This document shows positions 1 to 10,436 of a stretch of DNA of 38,844 bases, piece after piece. The first letter of the stretch is position 1; every line of letters starts with the position of its first letter. Both the position numbers and the translations under genes were made by a program. The notes below the pieces were generated by a model. That model did no database searches and had not been told where the DNA came from. It was given only the letters and a program-made list of their open reading frames with translations. Source of the DNA: Patescibacteria group bacterium (GTDB lineage Bacteria > Patescibacteriota > Microgenomatia > UBA1400 > PJMF01); the NCBI GenBank assembly GCA_018816485.1, contig JAHIVL010000061.1, forward strand, positions 1 through 38,844, given 5' to 3'.

Positions 1-21
1 AATTAAGATTGAAGTTTATAT

Positions 22-558
22 ATGAATATTGTTGCAGGCTTGGGTAATCCAGGAGAAGTTTTTAATAATACCAGGCATAACGCAGGGCTTGAGATTGTTC
101 AAAGCCTGAGTGAAACCCTTGGTTGTCCAAAATTTTCTCTTAAAAAAAAGATGCAGTCGGAAGTTTGTAAACTTGATCAAAACGTGTTTGTTAAGCCTCA
201 GACATTTATGAATGGATCCGGATTCTCGGTTAAGGCAGTTTTGGATTATTATCTTAAAAAATCTCAAACAAATTATGAAAATCTTTATATAATCCACGAT
301 GATCTAGACATAGCCTTGGGAGATTTTAAAATTAAATTTGCTAGTGGTCCAGTTGGACACAATGGTCTAATGTCTATCTATCAGCATTTAGGAACAAAGA
401 ATTTTTGGCATGTTAGGATTGGAATTGATACAAGAGAAGGAGATAGAACTATGTCTTCTCCTGTTTATGTTTTACAAAAATTTAATGTAAATGAAACTCA
501 AAAATTTAATTCTGTAAAAATGAAAGTTATCAAAAGATTAATCAACCTAATCACATAA
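22..558 (+). CDS. pth: Peptidyl-tRNA hydrolase
   Basis: Pth motifs GLGNPG, TRHNAG, KPQTFMNGSG, IIHDDLD and GHNGL. Confidence 0.97.
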   Translation: MNIVAGLGNPGEVFNNTRHNAGLEIVQSLSETLGCPKFSLKKKMQSEVCKLDQNVFVKPQTFMNGSGFSVKAVLDYYLKKSQTNYENLYIIHDDLDIALGDFKIKFASGPVGHNGLMSIYQHLGTKNFWHVRIGIDTREGDRTMSSPVYVLQKFNVNETQKFNSVKMKVIKRLINLIT

Positions 559-567
559 GGATAAATT

Positions 568-1797
568 ATGCCTAAAACTCGATCTCATCATCTTCATTTA
601 CCTCATATTACTTATGATGATAGTAAAAATATGAAGTTGCTTTATGCAATTAGAGTCACCAGGGATTTAGTAAATAAGATGGCAATGTTTTTTTTGCCTA
701 TTTTTTTATTTCAAGTTGGTTCTAAAACAAACTTTTTATCATTTCTACCATTCTCAGATTTTCAAAGAGGAATGTTAACTATATCTCTTTATTATGTTAC
801 CTATGGAACAGTTGGTTTAGCGATTGGAATATATACTGGAAAAATGTTGGGAAAAATTGGTTATCAAAGAAGCTTTGTATTGTCATTAATGTTAAGAACA
901 TTAATGTTTGCAACATTGTATTTATCAAAAGCTAATCCAATGTATCTATTAGTATCAGCGATTATAGATGGAGTTAACTCGCAGTTTTTTTGGGCTGGTT
1001 ATTATTCTCTTTTGAGTCAAACAGCTCGTAAAGGCAATATGGGCAAAGATCTTAGTCTGATACAATTTTTATTGCAGTTAGTTGCAGTAATTTCACCCGC
1101 CATTAGTGGTGTAATTGCATATCTAATTGGATTTGAGTACCTATTTTTAATTGGCATAGCAATAAATCTTTTATCAAGTGTTTTTGCCTTGATGATGGAT
1201 GCTAAAGTTCATAAAAATAATGTCAGTTTTGCTAACTTTAGGATTTGGATAAAGGATAAAGAATTTCTGCAGTTGGGAATTGCCAATTCAGGAAGAAATA
1301 TCAATGATTCTGTTATATATCTCTGGTCTTTATATATATTTTTCCTTTTAGGATCGGTAGATAGGGTTGGTTATTTATATACATTCTCATTATTTCTTGC
1401 GATGGTTTTTACATTTTTCATAGGAAAGTATATCGACCATCATAAAAACAAAAAACCATTTTATTTGTCTGGAGGATTTATTTCATTTTTATGGTTAGCA
1501 AGGACTCAAGTTTTTGATGTTTGGAGCATTGCTCTGGTTGATATATTTGATAGATTAGCAACAAATGTTTATTCACTATTTTTTGACTCAATGTTTATGA
1601 AGCGTGGAAAGGGACATTTATCTGACGAATACTTTGTTTATTTAGAAATGATTGCGAGCTTTAATAGAATCATTTTTTGGTCGCTATTTGGAGCATTCTT
1701 TCTTTTCTTTTCTTCTTGGAACTCAATTTTTGTGTTTGCTGGGGTTGCAGTATTAGTGGGACTACTAATTAGTGAAAAAAAACCAGATTATGTCTAA
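568..1797 (+). CDS. MFS-type transporter
   Basis: 409 aa with about 12 hydrophobic segments; GKMLGKIG and GKYIDH resemble MFS loop motifs. Confidence 0.75.
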   Translation: MPKTRSHHLHLPHITYDDSKNMKLLYAIRVTRDLVNKMAMFFLPIFLFQVGSKTNFLSFLPFSDFQRGMLTISLYYVTYGTVGLAIGIYTGKMLGKIGYQRSFVLSLMLRTLMFATLYLSKANPMYLLVSAIIDGVNSQFFWAGYYSLLSQTARKGNMGKDLSLIQFLLQLVAVISPAISGVIAYLIGFEYLFLIGIAINLLSSVFALMMDAKVHKNNVSFANFRIWIKDKEFLQLGIANSGRNINDSVIYLWSLYIFFLLGSVDRVGYLYTFSLFLAMVFTFFIGKYIDHHKNKKPFYLSGGFISFLWLARTQVFDVWSIALVDIFDRLATNVYSLFFDSMFMKRGKGHLSDEYFVYLEMIASFNRIIFWSLFGAFFLFFSSWNSIFVFAGVAVLVGLLISEKKPDYV

Positions 1798-2098
1798 GCA
1801 AAAGAAAAAAGGTTTTAGTGGAATTGGTTCTCTACTAGAAGAATATAATTTAGAGGACAAAGGTGGATATATTACTAAAGAATTTCAAGACTATGGTTAT
1901 AGGTTAGCGGTTTCTTTGAATGACATGAGTCACAAAAGCTTGTATATTAGAATGGCAAAAACTGTTGACAGGGGAATTTTGGAGAGGGCATTATCATTTG
2001 TTAAAGATGCAGATTTGGCAAAAAGCAAAGCAAGATTATTTATGTGGAAGGTTAAACAGCTTAAAGAAGAAAAGCTGAATAAAAAAGATGAAAACTAG
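1790..2098 (+). CDS. Small basic hypothetical protein (start probably ATG 1790)
   Basis: ORF overlaps both neighbours in an operon-like way; no family recognised. Confidence 0.7.
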   Translation: MSKQKKKGFSGIGSLLEEYNLEDKGGYITKEFQDYGYRLAVSLNDMSHKSLYIRMAKTVDRGILERALSFVKDADLAKSKARLFMWKVKQLKEEKLNKKDEN

Positions 2099-3275
2099 AC
2101 AACGTGTTTTTATCGGAATACTTTTTATTATTTTAATTCTAATTGGAATAAATTATTTTGCTCGACCTTTTGAAAAGTATTTTGATGTCAAAGAAATGAC
2201 AGTTCAAAAAACAATTGAACCTATAGAACCGGTGGTTTTGTCAAGCTTTGATATTGTTCAGAAATTGTCATCTAAAGAAAAAATTGCTCAAATGATAGCT
2301 ACTCCTTTAGTTATTGATGAGGAGATTACAAATGAGAGCAGTAAGTCGGCAACATTTTCGGCGGTTAATCTAGAAACAGGATTTTTCACTATTTTTGGGA
2401 ATAATATTTCGTTTGATAGCGCAAAGCTGAAAATTACCGAAGTTGAAAGATTATATAAAGATAATCTATTGTCTCCAAAATTTGCAGTTGATCATGAGGG
2501 TGGGAAAGTTCAAAGATTAAATGGCGATGGATTTACTGTCATTCCTTCATGGAGAAAACTTTGTGTTAACGAAGATATCGAGGAATTCAAAAAAATCCTA
2601 AAAACATCTGCTCAAGAGCTTAGAGACGTAGGTATAGATATAGTCTTAGCTCCAGTTTTAGATGTGGGGAATAGTCAGGTATTAAAAGACAGAATTTGTT
2701 CTGATTCATACCCGGTGGTGGCAGAAAGAAGTCTTGAGTACATCATAGTATTTGACAGCTATGGTATTTTGCCGGTGATAAAGCATTTTCCCGGGCTAGG
2801 ACAGGTAACCAAGGATTTGCACACCAATTTTGATTTTGTCAAAGTATTAGATAATGATGTTAAATTGTACACCTATATAATAGGTGAATCTCCTCATGTT
2901 GGAGTTATGATTTCTCACGCGGGAGTTCTTAATCAGAATCCTGAGATACCATGTTCACTAAGCACTGATTGTGTTGGTGAATTAAAAAATGCCTATCCAG
3001 AATTATTGATTTTTTCTGACGCTCTTGAAATGAAATCAGCAAGTTTTGACAAAGACAATTCTGATGAAGAGAAAGACTTGCTCAAGGTTTCAAGAGAGGC
3101 TGTAGTAGCTGGTAATGAAGTACTAATTTATGGTCCAACTGTGACAATGCAAGAGTTAGAAAATATTACTAATGATTTGAGCATTACCTATGATAATGAC
3201 GTAGTATTTAAAAAGTTAGTTGACGAAGCAGTGTTAAAAATTGTAAACTATAAATATACAGGGAGTCGAATTTGA
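2088..3275 (+). CDS. Membrane-anchored glycoside hydrolase family 3 (NagZ-like beta-N-acetylhexosaminidase)
   Basis: AVDHEGGKVQRL, LAPVLDV, KHFPGLG..DLH and FSDALEM motifs; N-terminal TM segment. Confidence 0.9.
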   Translation: MKTRQRVFIGILFIILILIGINYFARPFEKYFDVKEMTVQKTIEPIEPVVLSSFDIVQKLSSKEKIAQMIATPLVIDEEITNESSKSATFSAVNLETGFFTIFGNNISFDSAKLKITEVERLYKDNLLSPKFAVDHEGGKVQRLNGDGFTVIPSWRKLCVNEDIEEFKKILKTSAQELRDVGIDIVLAPVLDVGNSQVLKDRICSDSYPVVAERSLEYIIVFDSYGILPVIKHFPGLGQVTKDLHTNFDFVKVLDNDVKLYTYIIGESPHVGVMISHAGVLNQNPEIPCSLSTDCVGELKNAYPELLIFSDALEMKSASFDKDNSDEEKDLLKVSREAVVAGNEVLIYGPTVTMQELENITNDLSITYDNDVVFKKLVDEAVLKIVNYKYTGSRI

Positions 3276-3754
3276 AAATTAAACCCCAGACAATACTAAT
3301 TCCTATATTTTATTTAGGATTATTTTTTCTTTCAAATTTTTTAAAGGGTGATATCAATTATTATAATTTGATATTTTTTTCCGTGGGAACAGTTTTGGGA
3401 ACAATTTTAATGGATTTAGATGAGTCACTTTTATATAAATATTATCTTGAACAGGGCGCAACTCAAATTAAATTAATTACGCGCTCAATCTTATTTATGT
3501 TCTCACTCATACCTCTAGGGATATTTATTGTAACTTCTACTGGAAGTGAGATAGGAATCGGTTTATTTTTAGGAATAATTACGACTTTATTAATAGAATT
3601 AATTATTTATCGAAATAGTACCGATTTTTTCCACTCAAGATTTTTATCGCAACTCAAAAGAAGATTAAGTGCTCAAGAAATAAAATATTTTGTAGCTAGT
3701 TTTAGCATATTAACACTAATTTTTGTTTTACTTAGCTTTTTTATTGGGAGATAA
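3272..3754 (+). CDS. Hypothetical integral membrane protein
   Basis: Four to five hydrophobic segments; 4-bp overlap with the upstream gene. Confidence 0.7.
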   Translation: MKIKPQTILIPIFYLGLFFLSNFLKGDINYYNLIFFSVGTVLGTILMDLDESLLYKYYLEQGATQIKLITRSILFMFSLIPLGIFIVTSTGSEIGIGLFLGIITTLLIELIIYRNSTDFFHSRFLSQLKRRLSAQEIKYFVASFSILTLIFVLLSFFIGR

Positions 3755-3763
3755 AAATACTAT

Positions 3764-5050
3764 ATGAATTCACCATTCCATTTGTATGGATTTATTGTTG
3801 GAATTGTCATAGTTACAGCAATTACTTTAATAGAAAAACAGTATAAAAAATTAGGATTTTCTGAGAATAATTTTTGGAAAATTATTATTTTTAGTTTGAT
3901 ATTTGGTGTGATCGGCGCTCGTTTATGGCATGTGGCAACAGATTTTTATTTATATGAAAATAATTTGCGTGAAGTTTTTTATATTTGGAATGGAGGCCTG
4001 AGTATTTTTGGAGGAATTTTAGGAGGCGTTGTTGGAGTTTACTTTTCACTCAAATTGTTTCAAAATTGCAGGTTATTAAAATCAAAAGGCACAAACAAGA
4101 AAATTCAATTTTTGGAGTTTTTGGATATCGCAATTTTTGGTTTACCAATTGGACAAGTAATTGGACGACTTGGAAATTATGTAAACCAGGAACTCTATGG
4201 AAAACCAGTTAGTGATTTCGGCAGTAACTCCATTTTTTCAATATTCAAAATTTTTATTTCTCCTGAAAATAGGTTGTTAGGATATGAAAATATAGAGTAT
4301 TACCACCCAATATTTTTTTATGAGATGGTGGCAATGGTTTTTTTTGTTGGTGCAATTTATTACTTTAATTTGAAGAAAAAATTGCCCAAAATAGGAACTG
4401 GGAAACTATTTCTAATTTATGTTTTATACTATTCTATAGTTAGATTTTTGCTTGATTTTATTAGGTTGGATAAAACTATGATTGGTTGGTTGAATATTGG
4501 GGTTAATCAGGTGATATTATTAATTTTTGTTATGATTTCGGTTCATTTATTATTTAAAAAAAGAAAACTAGTATTAACTTCAATATATGTTTTTATCGCT
4601 ACATTAATTTTAATTATGTTCAATTTTAATAAGACTGATAAGCAATCTCAAAAATTATTTAAGGATACTGTTGACAGAGAGCTTGTTTCTATTATGGTTG
4701 GAGATGAGACAAAACTTAAAGTTGAAATTGTTAATTCTGTGGAAAGTACTCAGCAAGGATTAAGCGGTCGAGATGAAATTGGTAACGACGGAATGCTTTT
4801 TATTTTCCCCGAAAGTTCTATGAGGACTTTTTGGATGTTTGATATGAAATTTGATTTAGATTTTGTTTGGATTAATGGTGATGAAGTTGTGGGCTTGTCA
4901 AAGAACATAAAAAAGCCGGCTCCAGGTACAATTAATAAAGATATTGAAAGAGTTTCAATTAAAAAAGATTCCAACAAGGTCTTGGAGCTTAATGCTGGCA
5001 ATATCGACAAATATAATATAGAAGTAGGTGATGTGGTTATCCTCAAATAA
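3764..5050 (+). CDS. lgt: Prolipoprotein diacylglyceryl transferase fused to a C-terminal DUF192 domain
   Basis: Lgt motifs GARLWHV, WNGGLSIFGG, GRLGNYVNQELYG and HPIFFYE; C-terminal QQGLSGR..GMLFIF..FWMFDMKFDLD..VLELNAG matches DUF192. Confidence 0.9.
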   Translation: MNSPFHLYGFIVGIVIVTAITLIEKQYKKLGFSENNFWKIIIFSLIFGVIGARLWHVATDFYLYENNLREVFYIWNGGLSIFGGILGGVVGVYFSLKLFQNCRLLKSKGTNKKIQFLEFLDIAIFGLPIGQVIGRLGNYVNQELYGKPVSDFGSNSIFSIFKIFISPENRLLGYENIEYYHPIFFYEMVAMVFFVGAIYYFNLKKKLPKIGTGKLFLIYVLYYSIVRFLLDFIRLDKTMIGWLNIGVNQVILLIFVMISVHLLFKKRKLVLTSIYVFIATLILIMFNFNKTDKQSQKLFKDTVDRELVSIMVGDETKLKVEIVNSVESTQQGLSGRDEIGNDGMLFIFPESSMRTFWMFDMKFDLDFVWINGDEVVGLSKNIKKPAPGTINKDIERVSIKKDSNKVLELNAGNIDKYNIEVGDVVILK

Positions 5051-5075
5051 ATGATATTATTATGACTAAGATAAT

Positions 5076-5645
5076 ATGACAGATACTGCCCAAGCTCAAC
5101 CAGTTTTGCAAGATTCAGCGGGAACTACACAAATAGCAAATGTTTCCGATGATCAAAACCAAGTTAAAGGTGATTTAAATTCATTTGGTGAAATTTTAGA
5201 TGAAATGGGGGTAGTTGCTCCTCAGGCAGTTCCAATAGCAATTGAACAATCGACAGAAACTTTAAATCCAGTAAACCCAACAAGAATTGCTAAAGAGAAA
5301 TTGATATCTTCAGCTACACTTGATTCTGCTCCAATTGACGACGGTGGTGGAGTGGCGCTGGTGGAACATGAGAAAATGCCTGAAATTCCTGTTGAAGTCG
5401 AAAGTTTTCTTCATAGAGTTGAAGATCATCAGGATCAAGCTCCTCGAGAGATTGTTGTTGCAGATGGTACTGTGGAAACATCAAAAGCTAATTATCCCTC
5501 AACTCCAGTAGTTGTCTTACCAATAACTCAAGAAGAAGAAAAACAAGGTCAAAAGAAAAGTTTCAAGTTCAGTTTCAGGTGGTTGATAGAGTGGAGTCAT
5601 AAAGTTATTAAATTATTTGCTGGCAAAGCAATTTACAAGGAATAG
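5076..5645 (+). CDS. Hypothetical acidic protein with a basic/aromatic C-terminus
   Basis: 189 aa ORF; C-terminal SFRWLIEWSHKVIK; no family recognised. Confidence 0.7.
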   Translation: MTDTAQAQPVLQDSAGTTQIANVSDDQNQVKGDLNSFGEILDEMGVVAPQAVPIAIEQSTETLNPVNPTRIAKEKLISSATLDSAPIDDGGGVALVEHEKMPEIPVEVESFLHRVEDHQDQAPREIVVADGTVETSKANYPSTPVVVLPITQEEEKQGQKKSFKFSFRWLIEWSHKVIKLFAGKAIYKE

Positions 5646-5650
5646 ACTAA

Positions 5651-7984
5651 ATGTACGATGGTGATTTTGTAGCACAACTAGTTTCGATAATAATGACTAT
5701 TATATTTTCTATTCTTTTTATAGCAATATTTGCTGTGTTTATTTATATGTTATTTCAGTGGTTTAAGCATCGAAACAGAGAGAAAATAGCTCTCGAATTT
5801 GTGACCTTGCTTGTAAGAGTGCCCAAAGATAATGAAACAAAAATTGATGCTGCTGAACAACTTTTTGCATCATTTTATACGCTTAAAAAAAATGGCTTTT
5901 TTTCTTGGGCAAAAGCTGAAGATTTATTCTCATTTGAACTAGTTGCTCTTCAAGAAGAAATATCTTTTTATATGAATTGCCCAAAAAGAATTCGAGACTT
6001 GGTAGAAAAGCAAATTCATGGGGCCTATCCTAATGCGGATATAAAAGAGACAGACGAAGTAAACATTTTTAACAAAAAAGGGAAAGTAGCATTTACATCT
6101 ATTAAGCTTGATAAATCAACATTTTTGCCAATAAAAATGTATAAAGATTTGCCAACTGATGGTTTGTCTTTACTAACATCAGCTCTTTCAAAAATGGGCG
6201 CAGGAGAAGGTGCAATTATACAAATTCTTCTTCAGCCAGAATCAAAGAATTGGCAAAAAAAAGGCAGATCTTATATTTCAGCCCAAAAAAAAAGAGAGGC
6301 AGATCCAAAAAATGCCACATATAGCAATGATCCAAAAGAGATGGAGATGATTTCTCAAAAAATTGAAAAACCTGGTTTCAAGGTTTCAGTTAGAATTGTT
6401 GTCTCTGCTCAAAATGAATACACGGCAGATTCTCATCTTAATAATATTGTTGGGGCATTTGCTCAGTATTCCTCTGCTTACAACTCATTTAAAAAACCTA
6501 GAATTATTTTGCTTAAGCAACTTTTTATGATTGATTTTATTTATCGATATATGCCTATTCTGAGATATGGCACTTTTATTTTAAATTCCGAAGAACTTGC
6601 AACAATTTTTCATTTACCAAATAAAACTGTAGAGACTCATCATATTAGATATCTGAATGCAAAAAATGCTCCAGCTCCGCACAATATTCCCAAGACTGGT
6701 TTGTATTTGGGCAAATCTAACTATAGAGGCGAATCGAGAGAAGTTTTCATTGGTGACGATGATAGAAGAAGACATATGTACATCATTGGAAAAACTGGTA
6801 CAGGTAAATCTGAATTTTTAAAAGAAATGATTTTGCAAGATATTGAAAGTGGCAAAGGTGTTTGTGCGATTGATCCGCATGGAGAATTTATTGAAGATAT
6901 TTTAGAGTTGATGCCTCCAGAAAGAGCTGACGACGTTATTTATTTTAATCCTTCTGATTTGAGTAGACCTATGGGTTTGAATATGATGGAAGCTGACAGT
7001 GAAGAACAGAGGCATTTTGTTGTTGGTTCAATCATTGGATTAATGTACAAACTTTATGATCCTCATAGAACTGGAATTATTGGGCCAAGATTTGAGCATG
7101 CTATTAGAAATGCCATGCTTACTATTATGTATAAAAAAGGCAGTACTTTTATAGAGTTGGTGCGTATTTTGACGGACGTTAAATATGTTGACGAGATGCT
7201 ACCTTTGGTTCAAGACCCGGTGGTGAAACGTTACTGGACTGATCAGATTGCCCAAACTTCCGACTTTCATAAATCTGAGGTTTTGGATTATATTGTTTCT
7301 AAATTTGGTCGTTTTGTGACAAACAAAACCATGAGAAATATTATTGGTCAGCCAGAAAGTTCGTTTAATGTTAGACAAGCAATGGATGAGCAAAAAATTA
7401 TTTTGTGCAACCTTTCAAAAGGTGTTTTAGGTGAGGAAGATGCAAAATTTTTAGGCTTGATTCTTGTGCCAAAAGTTTTAACTGCAGCTATGAGTCGTCA
7501 AGATATACCTATGGATCAAAGAAAAGATTTTTTCTTGTATGTCGATGAGTTTCAAAATTATGCGACAGAAGATTTTGCGGTTATTTTGTCTGAGGCTCGT
7601 AAGTATCGACTGAATTTAATTGTTGCTAATCAGTTTGTCAGTCAGATTGACGAAGAAGTTAAGAATGCTGTTTTTGGTAACGTTGGTACAATGGTTTCTT
7701 TTCGAGTTGGTGTGCCTGATGCAAACTTTTTACAACATGAGTATGCACCTGTTTTTAATGAGGTAGACCTAATAAATATTGAAAAATATCACGTTTATGT
7801 CAAAACTATTGTTCAAAATGAGCCAGTACCTCCATTCAGTATGTCATTAGCCAAAGATATGGATGATATTAAGGCTAGAATGAATCCAAAACAGGCAGAA
7901 ATGATCAAGGAGCTTTCGAGATTGAAGTACGGGAAAGATGTCCATGTAGTTGAGGCAGAAATTCAGAGTAGAAGTAATTTATAA
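5651..7984 (+). CDS. VirD4/TraD-like (HerA/FtsK superfamily) coupling ATPase of the CPR type
   Basis: N-terminal TM; RRRHMYIIGKTGTGKS Walker A; IDPHG; LYVDEFQN Walker B; LSEARKYRLNLIVANQ. Confidence 0.88.
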   Translation: MYDGDFVAQLVSIIMTIIFSILFIAIFAVFIYMLFQWFKHRNREKIALEFVTLLVRVPKDNETKIDAAEQLFASFYTLKKNGFFSWAKAEDLFSFELVALQEEISFYMNCPKRIRDLVEKQIHGAYPNADIKETDEVNIFNKKGKVAFTSIKLDKSTFLPIKMYKDLPTDGLSLLTSALSKMGAGEGAIIQILLQPESKNWQKKGRSYISAQKKREADPKNATYSNDPKEMEMISQKIEKPGFKVSVRIVVSAQNEYTADSHLNNIVGAFAQYSSAYNSFKKPRIILLKQLFMIDFIYRYMPILRYGTFILNSEELATIFHLPNKTVETHHIRYLNAKNAPAPHNIPKTGLYLGKSNYRGESREVFIGDDDRRRHMYIIGKTGTGKSEFLKEMILQDIESGKGVCAIDPHGEFIEDILELMPPERADDVIYFNPSDLSRPMGLNMMEADSEEQRHFVVGSIIGLMYKLYDPHRTGIIGPRFEHAIRNAMLTIMYKKGSTFIELVRILTDVKYVDEMLPLVQDPVVKRYWTDQIAQTSDFHKSEVLDYIVSKFGRFVTNKTMRNIIGQPESSFNVRQAMDEQKIILCNLSKGVLGEEDAKFLGLILVPKVLTAAMSRQDIPMDQRKDFFLYVDEFQNYATEDFAVILSEARKYRLNLIVANQFVSQIDEEVKNAVFGNVGTMVSFRVGVPDANFLQHEYAPVFNEVDLINIEKYHVYVKTIVQNEPVPPFSMSLAKDMDDIKARMNPKQAEMIKELSRLKYGKDVHVVEAEIQSRSNL

Positions 7985-8389
7985 AATATTGAATCTCTCA
8001 TAATCTTCTACAACCGATTTGCAGTATATATACTGTCCGTATTCTAAGGCTTTTTCGTGAATAGGAGTTGAGTCTTGTGTTGCTTCAATAGGTGACTCAA
8101 GAATTTTTGAGGTTCCTAGTATATTGCTAGCATGTTCTTTTATCTCTTGAGTTCTAGTAGATAATTGTGACATTTCTTCTTCAGCATTTTGAATTGCACT
8201 ATCCAGATTTACATTAATTTTTTCTTTATTAATGTTTTGAGCTTGTTGAGCAATATTTTTTAAAGGAGTTTTGTCTAAAATTTGTAGTGATGAATTAAAC
8301 AGTTTTTGAGTATCTCCAAAATAGTAGAATGTTGTGCCGGCAACAATAATCATAAATAAAATGAAGAGTTTAGTTCTAAAGAAGTTCAT
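7979..8389 (-). CDS. Hypothetical membrane-anchored protein
   Basis: N-terminal TM followed by a coiled-coil-like body. Confidence 0.65.
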   Translation of the reverse strand: MNFFRTKLFILFMIIVAGTTFYYFGDTQKLFNSSLQILDKTPLKNIAQQAQNINKEKINVNLDSAIQNAEEEMSQLSTRTQEIKEHASNILGTSKILESPIEATQDSTPIHEKALEYGQYIYCKSVVEDYERFNIL

Positions 8390-8501
8390 AAAAATAGTAT
8401 ACAGTTTTTTACTCTTTAATATTTATATAAAATACTCTCGTCGAAACAAGTTCGAAATGTTCGTATTCCATATAAATATTAAAGAATCAAACTGACCAGT
8501 C

Positions 8502-9710
8502 TTACTCATACCTAAGTGCTTCAATTGGAGAGAGCTTAGACGCTCTTTTAGCTGGTGCCGCTCCAAAGACCAAGCCAACCACGGTAGAAACGCCAAAGGC
8601 TAAAATGACTGCCTGAAGTGTTATTTTCGCTGGGAAATAGATCTGAATAGCCAGTGTTCCGAGGTAAGCTATTAGTAAACCAATTAATCCGCCTAAGACT
8701 GAAAGTACTGCGGCCTCGATTAAGAACTGCATTAAAATTATATTTGGAGTGGCTCCTAAAGCTTTTCTAAGACCAATTTCTCTAGTCCTTTCACTAACGG
8801 AGACTAGCATAATGTTCATGATTCCAATTCCGCCGACAAGTAAAGAAATACTTGAAATTCCTCCAAGCGCAATTGTTAGAACTCCAAGAATACTATTAAT
8901 AGTGTCCAGAATTTCGGATTGATCAAAAACGGAGTATTCGTCTTCATCATATTTTTTTGCCATTTGTTTCTCGATTGCAGAAATGCTTTCTGGAATATTA
9001 TCAGCACTTTTGGTTTTAACAACTATTTCAACAATTTTCTTAGAATCATATTGCTTAAACATGGTTTCTAGAGGAATAAAGATGTATGTATCTAAGCTTG
9101 GACCTCCAAATGAACCACCGGCTTCTTCTTGGACGCCAATCACAGTATAAGTTTGATTGCCAATTTTTACTTTTTTACCAATCGGATCAATGCTTCCGAA
9201 TAATTCTTCTGCAACTTTAAAACCTATGCTTACCACTTTCTTTTTAGAATCATTTTCATTTTTATTAAAAAATCTTCCTTTTGCAATTTTTGTACTTGGC
9301 TGAGCAATAGGGTATTCATGAGTTGAGCCAATCACTGTGACTGATTTATCATTGTTTCTGTAAGAAATATTATCTGTTTGGGTTGTAAATGGAACAACAA
9401 TATCAACAAATTCTCTGATTTTTTGAATTTCTTTTACATCACTCATATCGAGCTTACTATTAGCGAGTGCATTTAATTGGTTCTCTCTGCTAAAGCCCCC
9501 ACCTTCTCCAAAAGGATCACCAGGAAACACTAGAACGGTATTTGCCCCAAGCTCATCAAATTGGTCGGAAATGTAAGCCTGAAGGCCTGTCCCGATTGCT
9601 GTTAGCATTACTACTGAGCCCACTCCAATAATTACACCAAGCATAGTTAAAAATGACCTATATTTGTTGACTAGTATTGCTTTTAGCGCAATTTTGAACG
9701 TATTTAGCAT
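8502..9710 (-). CDS. MacB/FtsX-family ABC transporter permease
   Basis: RSFLTMLGVIIGVGSV, GGIGIMNIMLVSVSERTREIGLRKALGA and PIEALRYE. Confidence 0.95.
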   Translation of the reverse strand: MLNTFKIALKAILVNKYRSFLTMLGVIIGVGSVVMLTAIGTGLQAYISDQFDELGANTVLVFPGDPFGEGGGFSRENQLNALANSKLDMSDVKEIQKIREFVDIVVPFTTQTDNISYRNNDKSVTVIGSTHEYPIAQPSTKIAKGRFFNKNENDSKKKVVSIGFKVAEELFGSIDPIGKKVKIGNQTYTVIGVQEEAGGSFGGPSLDTYIFIPLETMFKQYDSKKIVEIVVKTKSADNIPESISAIEKQMAKKYDEDEYSVFDQSEILDTINSILGVLTIALGGISSISLLVGGIGIMNIMLVSVSERTREIGLRKALGATPNIILMQFLIEAAVLSVLGGLIGLLIAYLGTLAIQIYFPAKITLQAVILAFGVSTVVGLVFGAAPAKRASKLSPIEALRYE

Positions 9711-10414
9711 TATTTATTCTTTGTTACGGTACGAACTTTTTTAGTTTTAAAATCTTTGATGATTTCACCATCTTTAAAAACAATCTGTCTTTTGGCAAAC
9801 TGGGCAATTTCTTCTTCATGTGTAACCATAACAATAGTTTTACCTTCTTTATGAAGTTTTAATAAGATATCCATAATTTCATCACCAGATTTTGAATCTA
9901 GGTTTCCTGTTGGCTCATCGGCAAAAATTATGGATGGATTGTTGACTAAAGCTCTAGCAATCGCAACTCTTTGCTGTTGTCCACCAGAAAGTTGGGCTGG
10001 AGTGTTGTGTAATCTGTCTCCTAGTCCAACTTTTTCTAAGATTTCTTTAGCTCTTTTCATTTGTTCAGAATGTTTCACTCCAGTATAAACTAGAGGGAGG
10101 GCAACATTCTCGATAGAAGATGTTCTGGCCAACAGATTAAATTGTTGGAAAATAAAACCAATTTCTATGTTTCGGAGTTTTGCTCTTTCAATTTCATTAT
10201 ATAAACTTACCTCTTTATCCTTGAGAAAAATTTGGCCACTTGTTGGTTCGGCCAAGATACTTGCGACTTGTAAAAAAGTTGATTTTCCAGATCCTGACGG
10301 ACCCATTATTGACACAAATTCACCATTTTTAACCTCTATAGATATATTATTTAGAGCTTTAATAAGGTTGTTACCTAGTTGATAATGTTTGGAAACATTT
10401 TTTAGTTTTAGCAT
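9710..10414 (-). CDS. ABC transporter ATP-binding protein (MacB/LolD type)
   Basis: [24 protein letters not shown] and [12 protein letters not shown]. Confidence 0.96.
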   Translation of the reverse strand: MLKLKNVSKHYQLGNNLIKALNNISIEVKNGEFVSIMGPSGSGKSTFLQVASILAEPTSGQIFLKDKEVSLYNEIERAKLRNIEIGFIFQQFNLLARTSSIENVALPLVYTGVKHSEQMKRAKEILEKVGLGDRLHNTPAQLSGGQQQRVAIARALVNNPSIIFADEPTGNLDSKSGDEIMDILLKLHKEGKTIVMVTHEEEIAQFAKRQIVFKDGEIIKDFKTKKVRTVTKNK

Positions 10415-10436
10415 TTTTTGTAAATTCTCGTGAGTT

